Assembly: GCA_022779365.1 (NCBI GenBank)
Contig: JALFSI010000015.1
Location: 13,698-77,697 of the forward strand
Reading direction: 5' to 3'
Length of the DNA: 64,000 bases
Origin: Clostridiales bacterium
GTDB taxonomy: Bacteria > Bacillota > Clostridia > Oscillospirales > Oscillospiraceae
The notes beneath the pieces were generated by a model. The model ran no database searches, was not told the origin of the DNA, and worked only from the letters and a program-made list of their open reading frames with translations. The translations under genes were made by a program, and so were the position numbers. Each line of letters starts with the position of its first letter. The first letter of the stretch is position 1. Positions 16,357 through 25,743 of the stretch are shown one piece after another.

Positions 16357-18678
16357 TCAAATTTTCCAAATATCCCTGGCGTATTCGCGGATGGTGCGGT
16401 CGGAGGAGAAGTAGCCGGCGGCGGCGATGTTCTCCAGCGCCTTGCGCCCGAAGGCGAGCCGGTCGCGGTAATCGCGGTTGGCGCGCAGGCGCGCGTCGCA
16501 GTAGCTGTTAAAATCGTACAGGACGAAATACGGGTCGGGGGCGTGCCAGCTCGCGCCGTCAAGCAGTGCGGTGTACAGCTCCTTCTGATCCTCATCCGTT
16601 TCGACCGTACCGTCGATGAGCGTATCGACCGCGCGGCGCAGGCGCGCGTCCGCCTTGTAAAGCGCCCTGGGGTCATACGCCGCGCGCACGGCGTTCAGCT
16701 CTTCGACCGTGCCGCCGAAGATATAATTGTTTTCCCGTCCCGCGCGTTCGACGATCTCCACATTCGCGCCGTCGAGCGTTCCGAGGGTGAGCGCGCCGTT
16801 CAGCATCAGCTTCATGTTGCCCGTGCCGGAGGCTTCCGTGCCCGCAGGCGAGATCTGCTCGGAAATATCCGCAGCGGGGATGATATGCTCGGCATACGAG
16901 CAGTTGTAGTTCTGCACGAACACGACCTTCAGGCGATCGTTCGTCGTGGGATCGGCGTTCACGAGCGCGGCGATACGGTTGATATAGCGGATGATCGCCT
17001 TGGCGCGCGCATAGCCCGGCGCCGCCTTCGCGCCGAAGATGACCGCCGTGGGCGTAAAGTCCGTGAGCGTGCCGTCCTTGAGCGACAGATAGAGATCCAT
17101 CACCGACAGTGCGTTCATAAGCTGCCGCTTATACTCATGCAGGCGCTTGACCTGCACGTCAAAAATGAACGACGGGTCGAGGCGCACGCCCTCCTGCCGC
17201 TCGATGACGGCGCAGAGCTGGCGTTTTTTCTCCTGCTTGACGGCGAGAAATTCCTCAACGGTGAAATCATCCATATGCTCGCGCAGACCTGCCAGCCGGT
17301 CAAGGTCAGTGAGATAGCCCGCGCCGATGCGGTCCTCCAGCAGCCCGCACAGCTCCGGGTCGCACAGACCCAGCCAGCGGCGCGGCGTGATGCCGTTCGT
17401 CTTATTCTGGAAGCGATCGGGATAGACAGCGTACCAGTCGCGGAACAGATCGTCCTTGAGAATTTCGGAGTGGATCTTTGCCACACCGTTGACGGCGTGC
17501 GAGCCGTAGATGCTCAGATCCGCCATGTGCGCCTTGCCGTCTTTGATGACGAACAGTCCGCTGTGCGGCAGCTCGCGCTTGAGCTTGGCATCGATCTTTT
17601 CCAAAACCGTGCACAGCTCCGGCACGACGGACGCGAGCAGCTTCATGTCCCACGCTTCGAGCGCCTCCGCCATGACGGTGTGGTTCGTATAGGAGAACAC
17701 GCGCACGGCGATGTCAAATGCCGTGTCAAAGTTCATCCCCTCGCCCTCCAACAGCCGGATGAGCTCCGGGATGGACATGGCGGGGTGCGTATCGTTGAGC
17801 TGTACAGCGGCAAACTCCGGCAGGCGGTAAAGGTCGCTGCCGTGTACGCGCTTATAGGTGCGCAGAATGTCCTGCAGCGACGCGCTGGAGAGCACATACT
17901 GCTGCCGGATGCGCAGACGCTTGCCGTCGGGCGTGGAATCGTTGGGATAGAGCACGCGCGTAATATCCTCGGCGCGGTTTTTATCCTCCACGGCTGCGTC
18001 GTAATCCTGATCGTTGAACGCCTGGAAGTCAAGCGCGCACGGCGCTTCGCACTGCCACAGGCGGAGCGTGCCGACAGTCTCCGTACCGTAGCCGACGACC
18101 GGCATATCATACGGCACGGCGGTGACGGTCTCGTCCGCGAAGCGCACAGTTACCGCCAGCTCCGGGCGGCGGAAGCTCCACGGATCGCCGAAGCGCGTCC
18201 AGTCGTCCGCCGTCTCCTTCTGCGCGCCGTCCTCAAACGACTGCTTGAACAGCCCGTAGCGGTAGCGCAGACCGTAGCCCATGAGCGGCAGGTCGCAGGT
18301 CGCGGCGCTGTCAAGGAAGCACGCCGCGAGCCGTCCCAGACCGCCGTTTCCGAGCGCGGCGTCCTCGATCTCTTCGAGGCACGCAAGATCGACGCCCCGG
18401 TCGGCGAATGCCTGCTTTGCGGCAGGCAGAATGCCCATGTTCAGAAGATTGCTGTAAATGAGGCGACCGATCAGGTACTCCGCGGAAAAATAGAACGCAC
18501 AGCGGCCTGCCGCCTGCTGCCGCCGGGTATTCGCCCACGGCTGCGCAAGCTGGTCCATGACCGCCTCAGACAGGCACTGATGCAGCGCCTGCGCATCGGC
18601 AGTCTGGAGCGTCAGATCGTGACGCTCCCGCAAAAGACGTTCGGTCTGCTCAACAAGTTTTTTTACATCGTAGCTCAA
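16357..18678 (-). CDS. glgP: alpha-glucan (glycogen/maltodextrin) phosphorylase
   Basis: 773 aa. PLP-site signature EASGTGNMKLMLNGALTLGTLDGANVEI. Confidence 0.94.
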   Translation of the reverse strand: MSYDVKKLVEQTERLLRERHDLTLQTADAQALHQCLSEAVMDQLAQPWANTRRQQAAGRCAFYFSAEYLIGRLIYSNLLNMGILPAAKQAFADRGVDLACLEEIEDAALGNGGLGRLAACFLDSAATCDLPLMGYGLRYRYGLFKQSFEDGAQKETADDWTRFGDPWSFRRPELAVTVRFADETVTAVPYDMPVVGYGTETVGTLRLWQCEAPCALDFQAFNDQDYDAAVEDKNRAEDITRVLYPNDSTPDGKRLRIRQQYVLSSASLQDILRTYKRVHGSDLYRLPEFAAVQLNDTHPAMSIPELIRLLEGEGMNFDTAFDIAVRVFSYTNHTVMAEALEAWDMKLLASVVPELCTVLEKIDAKLKRELPHSGLFVIKDGKAHMADLSIYGSHAVNGVAKIHSEILKDDLFRDWYAVYPDRFQNKTNGITPRRWLGLCDPELCGLLEDRIGAGYLTDLDRLAGLREHMDDFTVEEFLAVKQEKKRQLCAVIERQEGVRLDPSFIFDVQVKRLHEYKRQLMNALSVMDLYLSLKDGTLTDFTPTAVIFGAKAAPGYARAKAIIRYINRIAALVNADPTTNDRLKVVFVQNYNCSYAEHIIPAADISEQISPAGTEASGTGNMKLMLNGALTLGTLDGANVEIVERAGRENNYIFGGTVEELNAVRAAYDPRALYKADARLRRAVDTLIDGTVETDEDQKELYTALLDGASWHAPDPYFVLYDFNSYCDARLRANRDYRDRLAFGRKALENIAAAGYFSSDRTIREYARDIWKI

Positions 18679-18702
18679 AAATGAGTCCTCCTTGAAAGTT
18701 TG

Positions 18703-20184
18703 CTATGCGCGGTCCGCCTGCCCCGTCAGGGCGGCAATGCGGGCGGCAAGCGCCTCATCCGCCGTGCCCGGCAGCATCCGCCAGCGCCAGTTCGACACCA
18801 GCAGCCGCCCCGGCTCGTTCATACGCGCCGACGCGCCCAAGCGCAGGTAGTCCTGCATCTGCGCCACGAACAGCGCCGCCTTGGACTGCATCCCAGCCCG
18901 AATGATCGCGTCCGCCAGATCGTCGCTTTTTTTGATCTTGAGATAGCGGCGGGCGTAGGCGTCCACCTCCGGGCTTGCGCTCTCACACCACTGCGTCAGA
19001 GTTTCGTTGTCGTGCGTGCCGGTGTAGCATATGCAGTTTGTGCCGTATTTGTGCGGCAGGTAGTTGCTCGGCTCACGCGGGTCAAAGGCAAATTCCAGCA
19101 CCTTCATGCCCGGGAAGCCGGATTTTTTCACAAGCGTGCGCACCTCGGGTGTGAGGAAGCCGAGATCCTCGGCGATGAAGTCGGTGTCCGGGCAGCCGTT
19201 TTTAATGGCGCGGACGAGCTTCATGCCCGGTCCTTTGACCCACGCGCCGCGGCGCGCGGTCTTATTCTGCGCAGGGATGGACCAATAGCTCTCCATGCCG
19301 CGGAAATGGTCGATGCGGACCACGTCAAAGCTCTCCCCTGCCGCACGCAGGCGCTCGATCCACCACGCGAAGCCGGTCTTTTCCATGTGATCCCAGTCAT
19401 AGATGGGGTTGCCCCAATACTGCCCATCGGCGTTGAAGCCGTCGGGCGGGCAGCCCGCCACCACGCGCGGGCGGCGCGTGCGTGTGAGCTGGAAATTCTC
19501 CGGGTGCGCCCACACGTCCGCCGAGTCCAGCGGGACGTAGATGGGAATATCGCCGATGATGCGGATGCCCTGCTTGCGCGCGTAGGCGCGCAGGCTCTGC
19601 CACTGCGTAAAGAAGCAGTACTGCAAAAACTGCTGGAACTCGATCTCGTCCGCCAGCGCCTCGCGCCAGCGGGCGATCGCCTGCGGCTGATGCAGGCGGA
19701 TGTCGGCGGGCCAGTCCGTCCATGGACCGTCGCCGAAGTGTGCCTTCACCGCCATGAACAGCGCGTATTCGTCCAGCCACGCCGCCTTTTGCCGCACAAA
19801 TTCGGCAAAACCCGCCGGCGGCTGAAGCCGGAACGCCGCCCACGCCTGCCGCAGCACGCGCAGCCGGTTTTGGTACATCGCCTGGAAATCGACCTCGTCC
19901 GCGCGCGTGCCCCACTGCACGGCGTCCAGCGCCGCGCGGTCAAGCCAGCCGCGCTCCATGAGCTGCTCCGGGTCGATCAGGTACGGGTTGCCCGCGAAGG
20001 CGGAAAACGCCTGATAGGGCGAGTCGCCGTAGCCGGGCGGATTGATGGGCAGGATCTGCCAATAGGTCTGCTTTGCTGCCTTGAGAAAATCCACAAAACG
20101 GTACGCCTCGCGCCCCATGTTGCCGATCCCGTACTCGGACGGCAGCGAGGTCAGGTGCATCAGGATGCCGCTGCTTCGATCCAT
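18703..20184 (-). CDS. malQ: 4-alpha-glucanotransferase (amylomaltase)
   Basis: N-terminus MDRSSGILMHLTSLPSEYGIGNMG, plus RIDHFRG and GTHDN motifs. The ATG lies 1 nt after the LacI stop. Confidence 0.92.
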   Translation of the reverse strand: MDRSSGILMHLTSLPSEYGIGNMGREAYRFVDFLKAAKQTYWQILPINPPGYGDSPYQAFSAFAGNPYLIDPEQLMERGWLDRAALDAVQWGTRADEVDFQAMYQNRLRVLRQAWAAFRLQPPAGFAEFVRQKAAWLDEYALFMAVKAHFGDGPWTDWPADIRLHQPQAIARWREALADEIEFQQFLQYCFFTQWQSLRAYARKQGIRIIGDIPIYVPLDSADVWAHPENFQLTRTRRPRVVAGCPPDGFNADGQYWGNPIYDWDHMEKTGFAWWIERLRAAGESFDVVRIDHFRGMESYWSIPAQNKTARRGAWVKGPGMKLVRAIKNGCPDTDFIAEDLGFLTPEVRTLVKKSGFPGMKVLEFAFDPREPSNYLPHKYGTNCICYTGTHDNETLTQWCESASPEVDAYARRYLKIKKSDDLADAIIRAGMQSKAALFVAQMQDYLRLGASARMNEPGRLLVSNWRWRMLPGTADEALAARIAALTGQADRA

Positions 20185-20185
20185 G

Positions 20186-21223
20186 TTAGTCATCCTCTTT
20201 TGCTGAGTTAGTGGCGTCCGCGTGGCGGCAGACGCTCTCACGATTTTGAAATGCGAACGGCACGGTCATGTGCCGCGCAGGCGCGCCATGCTCACAGCAC
20301 GCCATCAGAACGGAAAAGCTGCGTTTTGCCAGCAGCTCCGTTGACTGCGCAATGGTGGAGAGCTGCGGGGTATAAAACCCGCCGATCTTCAGCCCGTCGT
20401 AGCCGATAATGGAAATGTCTTCGGGCACGCGCAGGTGCGCGTCCGCCAGCGCGCGCATCGCCCCGATGGCGATGACGTCTGCCATGGCGAACACGGCGCT
20501 GACCTTGGGGGCGCGGCGCAGGACCGCCTGCATCCCCTTGTAGCCCTCTTCATAGCTGTAACGCCCGGTGTGGTAGTAAATTCCGTCGTCAAATTCCAGC
20601 CCGTGCCGGTGGAATGCCGCCAGGCAGCCGGCATAGCGCTGCGCCGACGTATCGGACAGCGTTCGGTCGCCGCCCAGCACCGCGATCTTGCGATGCCCGC
20701 AGTGGATGAGATAATCCACTGCGCAGGCTGCGCCCTGTAAGTCATTTGTGGTCACACTGGACAGGTTGTCAAAAGGCAGCGTGCTCGCGTCGTTCGTCAC
20801 CACGACTGCCGGGACGGTGATCTTGTCAAAATCCGCCTCAAAATTGCAGTTCGTGCCGCCGAGGAACATCAAGCCCATGGGCTTGCGCTCCCGGCAGAGC
20901 CTGACCGCGCGCAGCACCTCGTTGTCATCTTCATCAATGAAATCGACGATCAGCGGGTGCGTTGTGCGCGAAAACAGAGACTGCAGCTGTTCGACCATGG
21001 TGGCGAACATCTCGTTCGCCGTGCCCTTGACGATGATGAGCACTGCGTTCGAGCGCTGCTGCTTGAGCGACTGCGCGCTCTGATTGAGCTCAAAGCCATG
21101 CCGTTTGGCGATCGCCAGGATCGCCGTGCGCGCCTTTTCGGACACGTTCGGCTGGTTATTGAGTACGCGCGAGACCGTGCCGAGCGAATAGCCGCTCTCG
21201 CGCGCGAGATCCTTGATCGTCAT
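20186..21223 (-). CDS. LacI-family transcriptional regulator
   Basis: N-terminal HTH MTIKDLARESGYSLGTVSRVLNN plus a periplasmic-binding-fold C-terminal domain. Confidence 0.9.
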   Translation of the reverse strand: MTIKDLARESGYSLGTVSRVLNNQPNVSEKARTAILAIAKRHGFELNQSAQSLKQQRSNAVLIIVKGTANEMFATMVEQLQSLFSRTTHPLIVDFIDEDDNEVLRAVRLCRERKPMGLMFLGGTNCNFEADFDKITVPAVVVTNDASTLPFDNLSSVTTNDLQGAACAVDYLIHCGHRKIAVLGGDRTLSDTSAQRYAGCLAAFHRHGLEFDDGIYYHTGRYSYEEGYKGMQAVLRRAPKVSAVFAMADVIAIGAMRALADAHLRVPEDISIIGYDGLKIGGFYTPQLSTIAQSTELLAKRSFSVLMACCEHGAPARHMTVPFAFQNRESVCRHADATNSAKEDD

Positions 21224-21227
21224 GCCA

Positions 21228-22079
21228 TCAGCCCTTGACCGCGCCTGCGGCGACGCCCTTGATGATATACTTCTGGCACGTCAGGTAGAACACGACCACC
21301 GGGATGATCGACAGCAGGATCAGCGCCATCGTCGCGCCCAGATCGACCGTGCCGTAGCTGCCGCGCAGATACTGGATGTGAATGGGGATGGTCATATATT
21401 TCGTGCGGTCGAGCACGAGATACGGCAGCAGATAGTCGTTCCAGATCCACATGATCTCCAGCACGCCCACGGAGATGAACGTCGGCTTCATCATCGGCAG
21501 CACCACGCGGAAGAACGTCTGCGGCGCGCTGCACCCGTCAATGACCGCCGCCTCCTCAATGGAGCGCGGGATGGACTTGACAAAGCCCGCGAACATGAAT
21601 ACCGCCAGCCCCGCGCCAAAGCCGAGGTAGATGACCGGAATGGTCCACGGGGTGTTGAGCTTGAGCGTATCGGCAGTTTTCGACAGCGTGAACATCACCA
21701 TCTGGAACGGCACGATCATGGAAAACACGCACAGATAGTACACAAAGCGGCAGAACACGCTGCCCACGCGGGAGATATACCACGCCGCCATCGACGTGCA
21801 GATAAGGATGAGCGCCGACGAAAGCACCGTGATGATAAAGCTGTATGCAACAGACTTTAAGAACGGATAATCGCCGAAGGTCATGCCCTTGATATAGTTC
21901 TGCCAGTGCATGAAGGTCTGGCTGTTCGGGAAGGCGAAGGTATCGGTGTTGATGGAGGCGTTGCTCTTGAACGAGTTCAGCAGCACCAGAAAGATCGGAT
22001 AGAGGTAGATGACGGTGATGACAACGAACACCGCCGTCAGGATGGCGTTGGAGAGCCGTTTGCGCTGACCCATTCCCAT
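21228..22079 (-). CDS. carbohydrate ABC transporter permease (MalG-like)
   Basis: Six TM segments and an EAA loop IEEAAVIDGCSAPQTFFRVVLP. Confidence 0.9.
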   Translation of the reverse strand: MGMGQRKRLSNAILTAVFVVITVIYLYPIFLVLLNSFKSNASINTDTFAFPNSQTFMHWQNYIKGMTFGDYPFLKSVAYSFIITVLSSALILICTSMAAWYISRVGSVFCRFVYYLCVFSMIVPFQMVMFTLSKTADTLKLNTPWTIPVIYLGFGAGLAVFMFAGFVKSIPRSIEEAAVIDGCSAPQTFFRVVLPMMKPTFISVGVLEIMWIWNDYLLPYLVLDRTKYMTIPIHIQYLRGSYGTVDLGATMALILLSIIPVVVFYLTCQKYIIKGVAAGAVKG

Positions 22080-22990
22080 TACTGATCGACCTCCTTCTTC
22101 CGCGTTGCCGCAAGCTGCAAAAGCCCGATGATCGCGACAAGAATGAAGAAAACGACCGCCTTTGCCTGCCCAGGACCCTTGGAGTTGCTGGTGTTGGACG
22201 AGACGATATTCAGCGCCAGCATTTCCGTCGTTTTGATGACGTTGCCGTCCGCCAGCGTTTTAAACGGCGAGCCGGCAGTGAGCGCAAGGTTCTGATCGTA
22301 CAGCTTAAAGCCGTTCGTCAGGCTGAGGAACGTGCAGATGGTGATGGACGGCATAACGTTGGGGATGGTAATATACCAGAGCGTTTTCCAGCTCGACGCG
22401 CCGTCGATACGCGCCGCCTCGAGCATATCCTCCGGCACGGCCTGCAGCCCCGCGATGTATATGATCATCATATATCCGATCTGCTGCCAGCTCATTAGTA
22501 TGATGAGGCCCCAGAAGCCGTATTTCGTTTCCAGTACGACAGCGGTGTCAAAATGACCGAGGATGCCGTCAAAGATCATCAGCCAGATGTAGCCCAGCAC
22601 AATGCCGCCGATCAGGTTCGGCATGAAGAACACCGTGCGGAAAAAGTTCGAGCCCTTGATACCCTTGGTCAGCGCGTAGGCGACGGCAAAGGCAAGGATG
22701 TTGATGATGAGCATGGACACGAGCGTATACAGCGCCGTATACCAGAACGCGTGCAAAAAGCCCTCGTCCTGGAAGATGGTGATGTAGTTTTTCAGCCCCA
22801 CCCACGTCCACTTGCTGGTGGTCTTGAATTTGCAGAAGGACAGGAACAGTCCCTTTGCGAACGGATACAAAAATCCGACACAGAACGCGGCGAACGTCGG
22901 CAGCATAAACAGCCACCCCCATCGCCGGATCGGATTGGTGATCAATCGGCACGAATGCGCCGACGCGTCACGCTTTCTCACAGTTTTCAT
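22079..22990 (-). CDS. carbohydrate ABC transporter permease (MalF-like)
   Basis: EAA loop LEAARIDGASSWKTLWYITIP. GAGGAGG lies 8 nt upstream of ATG 22990; the ORF track starts at 23005. Confidence 0.87.
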   Translation of the reverse strand: MKTVRKRDASAHSCRLITNPIRRWGWLFMLPTFAAFCVGFLYPFAKGLFLSFCKFKTTSKWTWVGLKNYITIFQDEGFLHAFWYTALYTLVSMLIINILAFAVAYALTKGIKGSNFFRTVFFMPNLIGGIVLGYIWLMIFDGILGHFDTAVVLETKYGFWGLIILMSWQQIGYMMIIYIAGLQAVPEDMLEAARIDGASSWKTLWYITIPNVMPSITICTFLSLTNGFKLYDQNLALTAGSPFKTLADGNVIKTTEMLALNIVSSNTSNSKGPGQAKAVVFFILVAIIGLLQLAATRKKEVDQ

Positions 22991-23174
22991 CGCGCGCCTC
23001 CTCATTCTCGTCTGTTTCTCCGTTTATAAAACGCCGAAGCTGTACTGTAATATAGTATATCACAAAACCGGCGTTTTCTGTACAAAAGCATTCAGACCGC
23101 GCGCCGCGCACGGCGCGTCGTCTGAGGGCTTTTCTGCAATGCCCAATTATGCCCAATTTGTCGTTTTACCACAC

Positions 23175-23198
23175 GGGAGGGAGCTTGCGCTCCCTCCC
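23175..23198 (-). other. intercistronic stem-loop after the SBP gene
   Basis: Stem gggagggagc / gctccctccc (10 bp) with loop ttgc and no U-run. Probably an mRNA-stabilising or partial-termination element. Confidence 0.4.
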
Positions 23199-23245
23199 GC
23201 CTGTCACACTACATCAGATCATGTGAATTGTGAAATTGGGAACGA

Positions 23246-24634
23246 TCAGGCGTTCTCCTTGGCGTACTGCGTCGCCCAGCCCTGCACAAAGGCAGTCTTG
23301 ACAGCTTCCCAGTCGCCCGTGCCTGCGGTGTACTGCGTCAGAGCGTCCACCACAGCGGCGCGCCAGTCGTCCACTGCCGGCGTCCAGTTGAACGCCCAGG
23401 TCACGACGTAGTTGCCCTCGGCAATGTAGCGGTCAGCATCCTGGAAGAACACATTCTCCGGCTCCTTCGCGTCCTTGAACGGGCAGGGACCAAACTGCTC
23501 AGCCAGCATGGTGGTGCCTTCGTCGGAGGTCACGACCCAGACGAGGAAGTCGATGGTCGCCTGAATGTCCTCCTCGGAGGACTCATTGTTGATCGCCCAG
23601 CAGTTCTCGGTGCCTGCGCACAGGCCGGCCTTCTCTTCGCCGTCCACGCCGCAGTAGATCGGGATCATTGCCAGATCGTCGGGGTTCAGGGAGAACTTCT
23701 CCTGGGTCAGCGCGGAGTACTCCCAGCTGCCGTTCTGGTAGAACACAGCCTTGCCCTCGCCAAATTCCGCCTCGGACTCATCGCCGGTGGCAGTCGCCAG
23801 AGCAGCGCCGGTGGTAGCGGAGTCGGTGATGTACAGATCCCAGATGTTCTTGAAGTTGTCCAGATAGGCGTCGGTGATGGTGGCGGGCTGAGAGGTCACG
23901 CCGTCGTCACGGAACTGATAGTACAGCGGCATATTGGCGAGGTGACCGGAGAAGCGCCAGCTCGACGAGCCGTCCAAACCGGCGGAGGAGAAGGCGTCAA
24001 AGCCCAGCTCGGCAGCGCGGGCGTGGATGTCGTCAGCGACCTTCTTCAGGGACTCAAAGTTGGTGATGTCGTCCAGCGAGTAGCCCGCCTTTTCCAGAAG
24101 AGCCTTGTTGACGATGATGCCGAACGCCTCGTAGCAGTAGCCGATGGACAGAGTGTTGCCGTCCTCGTCCTTGAGGTTGAAGGAGTCGGTGGTCATCTGG
24201 TCCATGATGGCGGTGCCGTCCAGCGGCAGGCAGTAGTCGCCGTAGGAGTTGATAGCGCCCTGGTTGCCGCACTGGAACAGGGTCGGCGCGGAGCTCTTGT
24301 CGAGCTCGGCGGCGAGGGTGGTGTCGTAAGTGCCGGAAGCGGCGGTGACGACCTTGACGGGCACACCGGTCAGCGCGGTGTAGTCCTCAGCGAGCTTCTG
24401 CCAGGCGTCGTTCGCCTCGGGCTTAAAGTTCAGGTAGTACACAGAGCCGGTGGCAGCGGGAGTCTCCTCCGCAGCCGGGGTCTCTTCCGCGGCAGGGGTC
24501 TCTTCAGCAGCGGGCGTGTCCGTCGCAGCGGGCGTGTCCGTCGCGGCGGGGGTTTCATTGGCATTGGAAGATGCACAGGCGACAAGACCCAGCACCATCA
24601 CAACTGCCAGCAGCAATGCGATCAGCTTTTTCAT
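23246..24634 (-). CDS. maltodextrin/sugar ABC transporter substrate-binding lipoprotein (family 1 SBP)
   Basis: Signal peptide with lipobox MKKLIALLLAVVMVLGLVAC, a TPAA-repeat linker and an SBP_bac_1-like body. AGGAGG RBS before ATG 24634. Confidence 0.9.
   Translation of the reverse strand: MKKLIALLLAVVMVLGLVACASSNANETPAATDTPAATDTPAAEETPAAEETPAAEETPAATGSVYYLNFKPEANDAWQKLAEDYTALTGVPVKVVTAASGTYDTTLAAELDKSSAPTLFQCGNQGAINSYGDYCLPLDGTAIMDQMTTDSFNLKDEDGNTLSIGYCYEAFGIIVNKALLEKAGYSLDDITNFESLKKVADDIHARAAELGFDAFSSAGLDGSSSWRFSGHLANMPLYYQFRDDGVTSQPATITDAYLDNFKNIWDLYITDSATTGAALATATGDESEAEFGEGKAVFYQNGSWEYSALTQEKFSLNPDDLAMIPIYCGVDGEEKAGLCAGTENCWAINNESSEEDIQATIDFLVWVVTSDEGTTMLAEQFGPCPFKDAKEPENVFFQDADRYIAEGNYVVTWAFNWTPAVDDWRAAVVDALTQYTAGTGDWEAVKTAFVQGWATQYAKENA
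24453..24560 (-). repeat. six tandem 18-nt coding repeats (hexapeptide TPAA-E/T-E/D linker)
   Basis: Units begin at 24453, 24471, 24489, 24507, 24525 and 24543. They encode ETPAATDTPAATDTPAAEETPAAEETPAAEETPAA. Confidence 0.85.
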
Positions 24635-24670
24635 GGTATTTCCTCCTATTTTGATTTCGTGATCTAGTTT

Positions 24671-24684
24671 TGGAAACGTTTCCA
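24671..24684. promoter_or_regulatory. perfect 14-bp palindrome, candidate LacI-family/cre-like operator
   Basis: TGGAAACGTTTCCA lies between the putative -10 and the RBS of the SBP gene and fits the TGNAANCGNTTNCA operator class. Confidence 0.55.
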
Positions 24685-24698
24685 TTTCCGACGCCCAT

Positions 24699-24727
24699 AT
24701 TGTACACCATTTTTCTCATTTTGGAAA
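24699..24727 (-). promoter_or_regulatory. putative promoter of the maltodextrin operon
   Basis: Minus strand reads TTTCCA - 17 nt - TACAAT, about 15 nt upstream of the palindrome. Confidence 0.4.
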
Positions 24728-24948
24728 TTAAAAAAATGCGGTTTTTTGATTTTCAGCGTTTCGTCCAATTTTAGATGCGCGTTTTTGTGCACATTTTCGG
24801 GTATTGCGCGGTTTCGTCACAACGTGCGGGCAGGGCTTTCTCCGTCCGCCATTCTTTTGGGGCAGCCGCGATCTCCAGAAGCCCCTCCCCTTCGTTACGA
24901 CGAAGAACGTCAAACGCCCAAGCGGGATGTCCGCTTGGGCGTTTCTCA

Positions 24949-25743
24949 TTATTTCGCGTAGATCAGTCCGACCAGCCAGTTGAGGGCGGGCTTGGGCAGC
25001 AGCTTTGCGAGCATACAGAAGAACTTATACTTTCCGCCGATGGTGTAGATGGGCTTTCTGCCCGTTTTCATCGCCACGCGGCGGATGAAGCGTCCGGCTG
25101 CCTCCGGCTGCATCCCTGTCTGTTCGTCGCGCTCCATACCGGCGACGCTGCGGCTGATGCGCCCGCCGTACACATCATCGCCCGCCTGCGTTTTCTGCCG
25201 CGCGGCGGTGAAGCCGGTCTTTATATCGCCGGGCTGCACGGCGCAGACCGTGATGCCGAACGGTCGCACCTCGTTTGCCAGCGCCATGGTGTAGGAATTG
25301 ATCGCCGCCTTGGAGGCGGAGTAATACGTCTGGAACGGGATGGGGATCGCCCCGGCAACGGAGCTGAGATTCACGATGCGCCCGCTCCCCTGCTTCCGCA
25401 GCACGGGCAGCACGGCGTGATTGACGCGCACCATGCCGAAAAAGTTCACGTCGAGCTGACGGATGGCATCCTTCGTGTCGGTAAACTCCACCGCGCCGGA
25501 GATGCCGAAGCCGGCGTTGTTGATGACGACATCGATGCCGCCCTCCTTCTGCACGACTTCGTCCACCGCGCGCTGCACCGCTTCTTCGTCGGTCACGTCG
25601 GTCGGGATGTGGTGCAGACCCTCAACGCCGGTCTCACGGCGGCTGAGCTCATAGACCGTATAGCCCGCGGCGCGCATTTCCAGCGCCGTGCAGCGCCCGA
25701 TGCCGGACGTGCCGCCTGTGATCAGGCAGACCGGGCGGCTCAC
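24949..25743 (-). CDS. classical short-chain dehydrogenase/reductase (SDR)
   Basis: TGGTSGIG cofactor motif, NNAG, and catalytic YSASKAA. The GTG start overlaps the TGA of the upstream gene (GTGA). Confidence 0.82.
   Translation of the reverse strand: MSRPVCLITGGTSGIGRCTALEMRAAGYTVYELSRRETGVEGLHHIPTDVTDEEAVQRAVDEVVQKEGGIDVVINNAGFGISGAVEFTDTKDAIRQLDVNFFGMVRVNHAVLPVLRKQGSGRIVNLSSVAGAIPIPFQTYYSASKAAINSYTMALANEVRPFGITVCAVQPGDIKTGFTAARQKTQAGDDVYGGRISRSVAGMERDEQTGMQPEAAGRFIRRVAMKTGRKPIYTIGGKYKFFCMLAKLLPKPALNWLVGLIYAK

Noticed and set aside
16288-18684. 798-aa plus-strand ORF antisense to glgP, and a 503-aa ORF at 18700-20211 antisense to malQ
   Set aside because: The opposite strand carries textbook glycogen phosphorylase and amylomaltase signatures. 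The antisense products are Arg/His/Leu-rich with no recognisable domains and no RBS.
24453-24560. Regular 18-nt tandem repeats that could be mistaken for a CRISPR-like or minisatellite array
   Set aside because: The units are contiguous with no spacers, lie in frame inside the SBP gene, and encode a TPAA-type linker. No cas genes are nearby.
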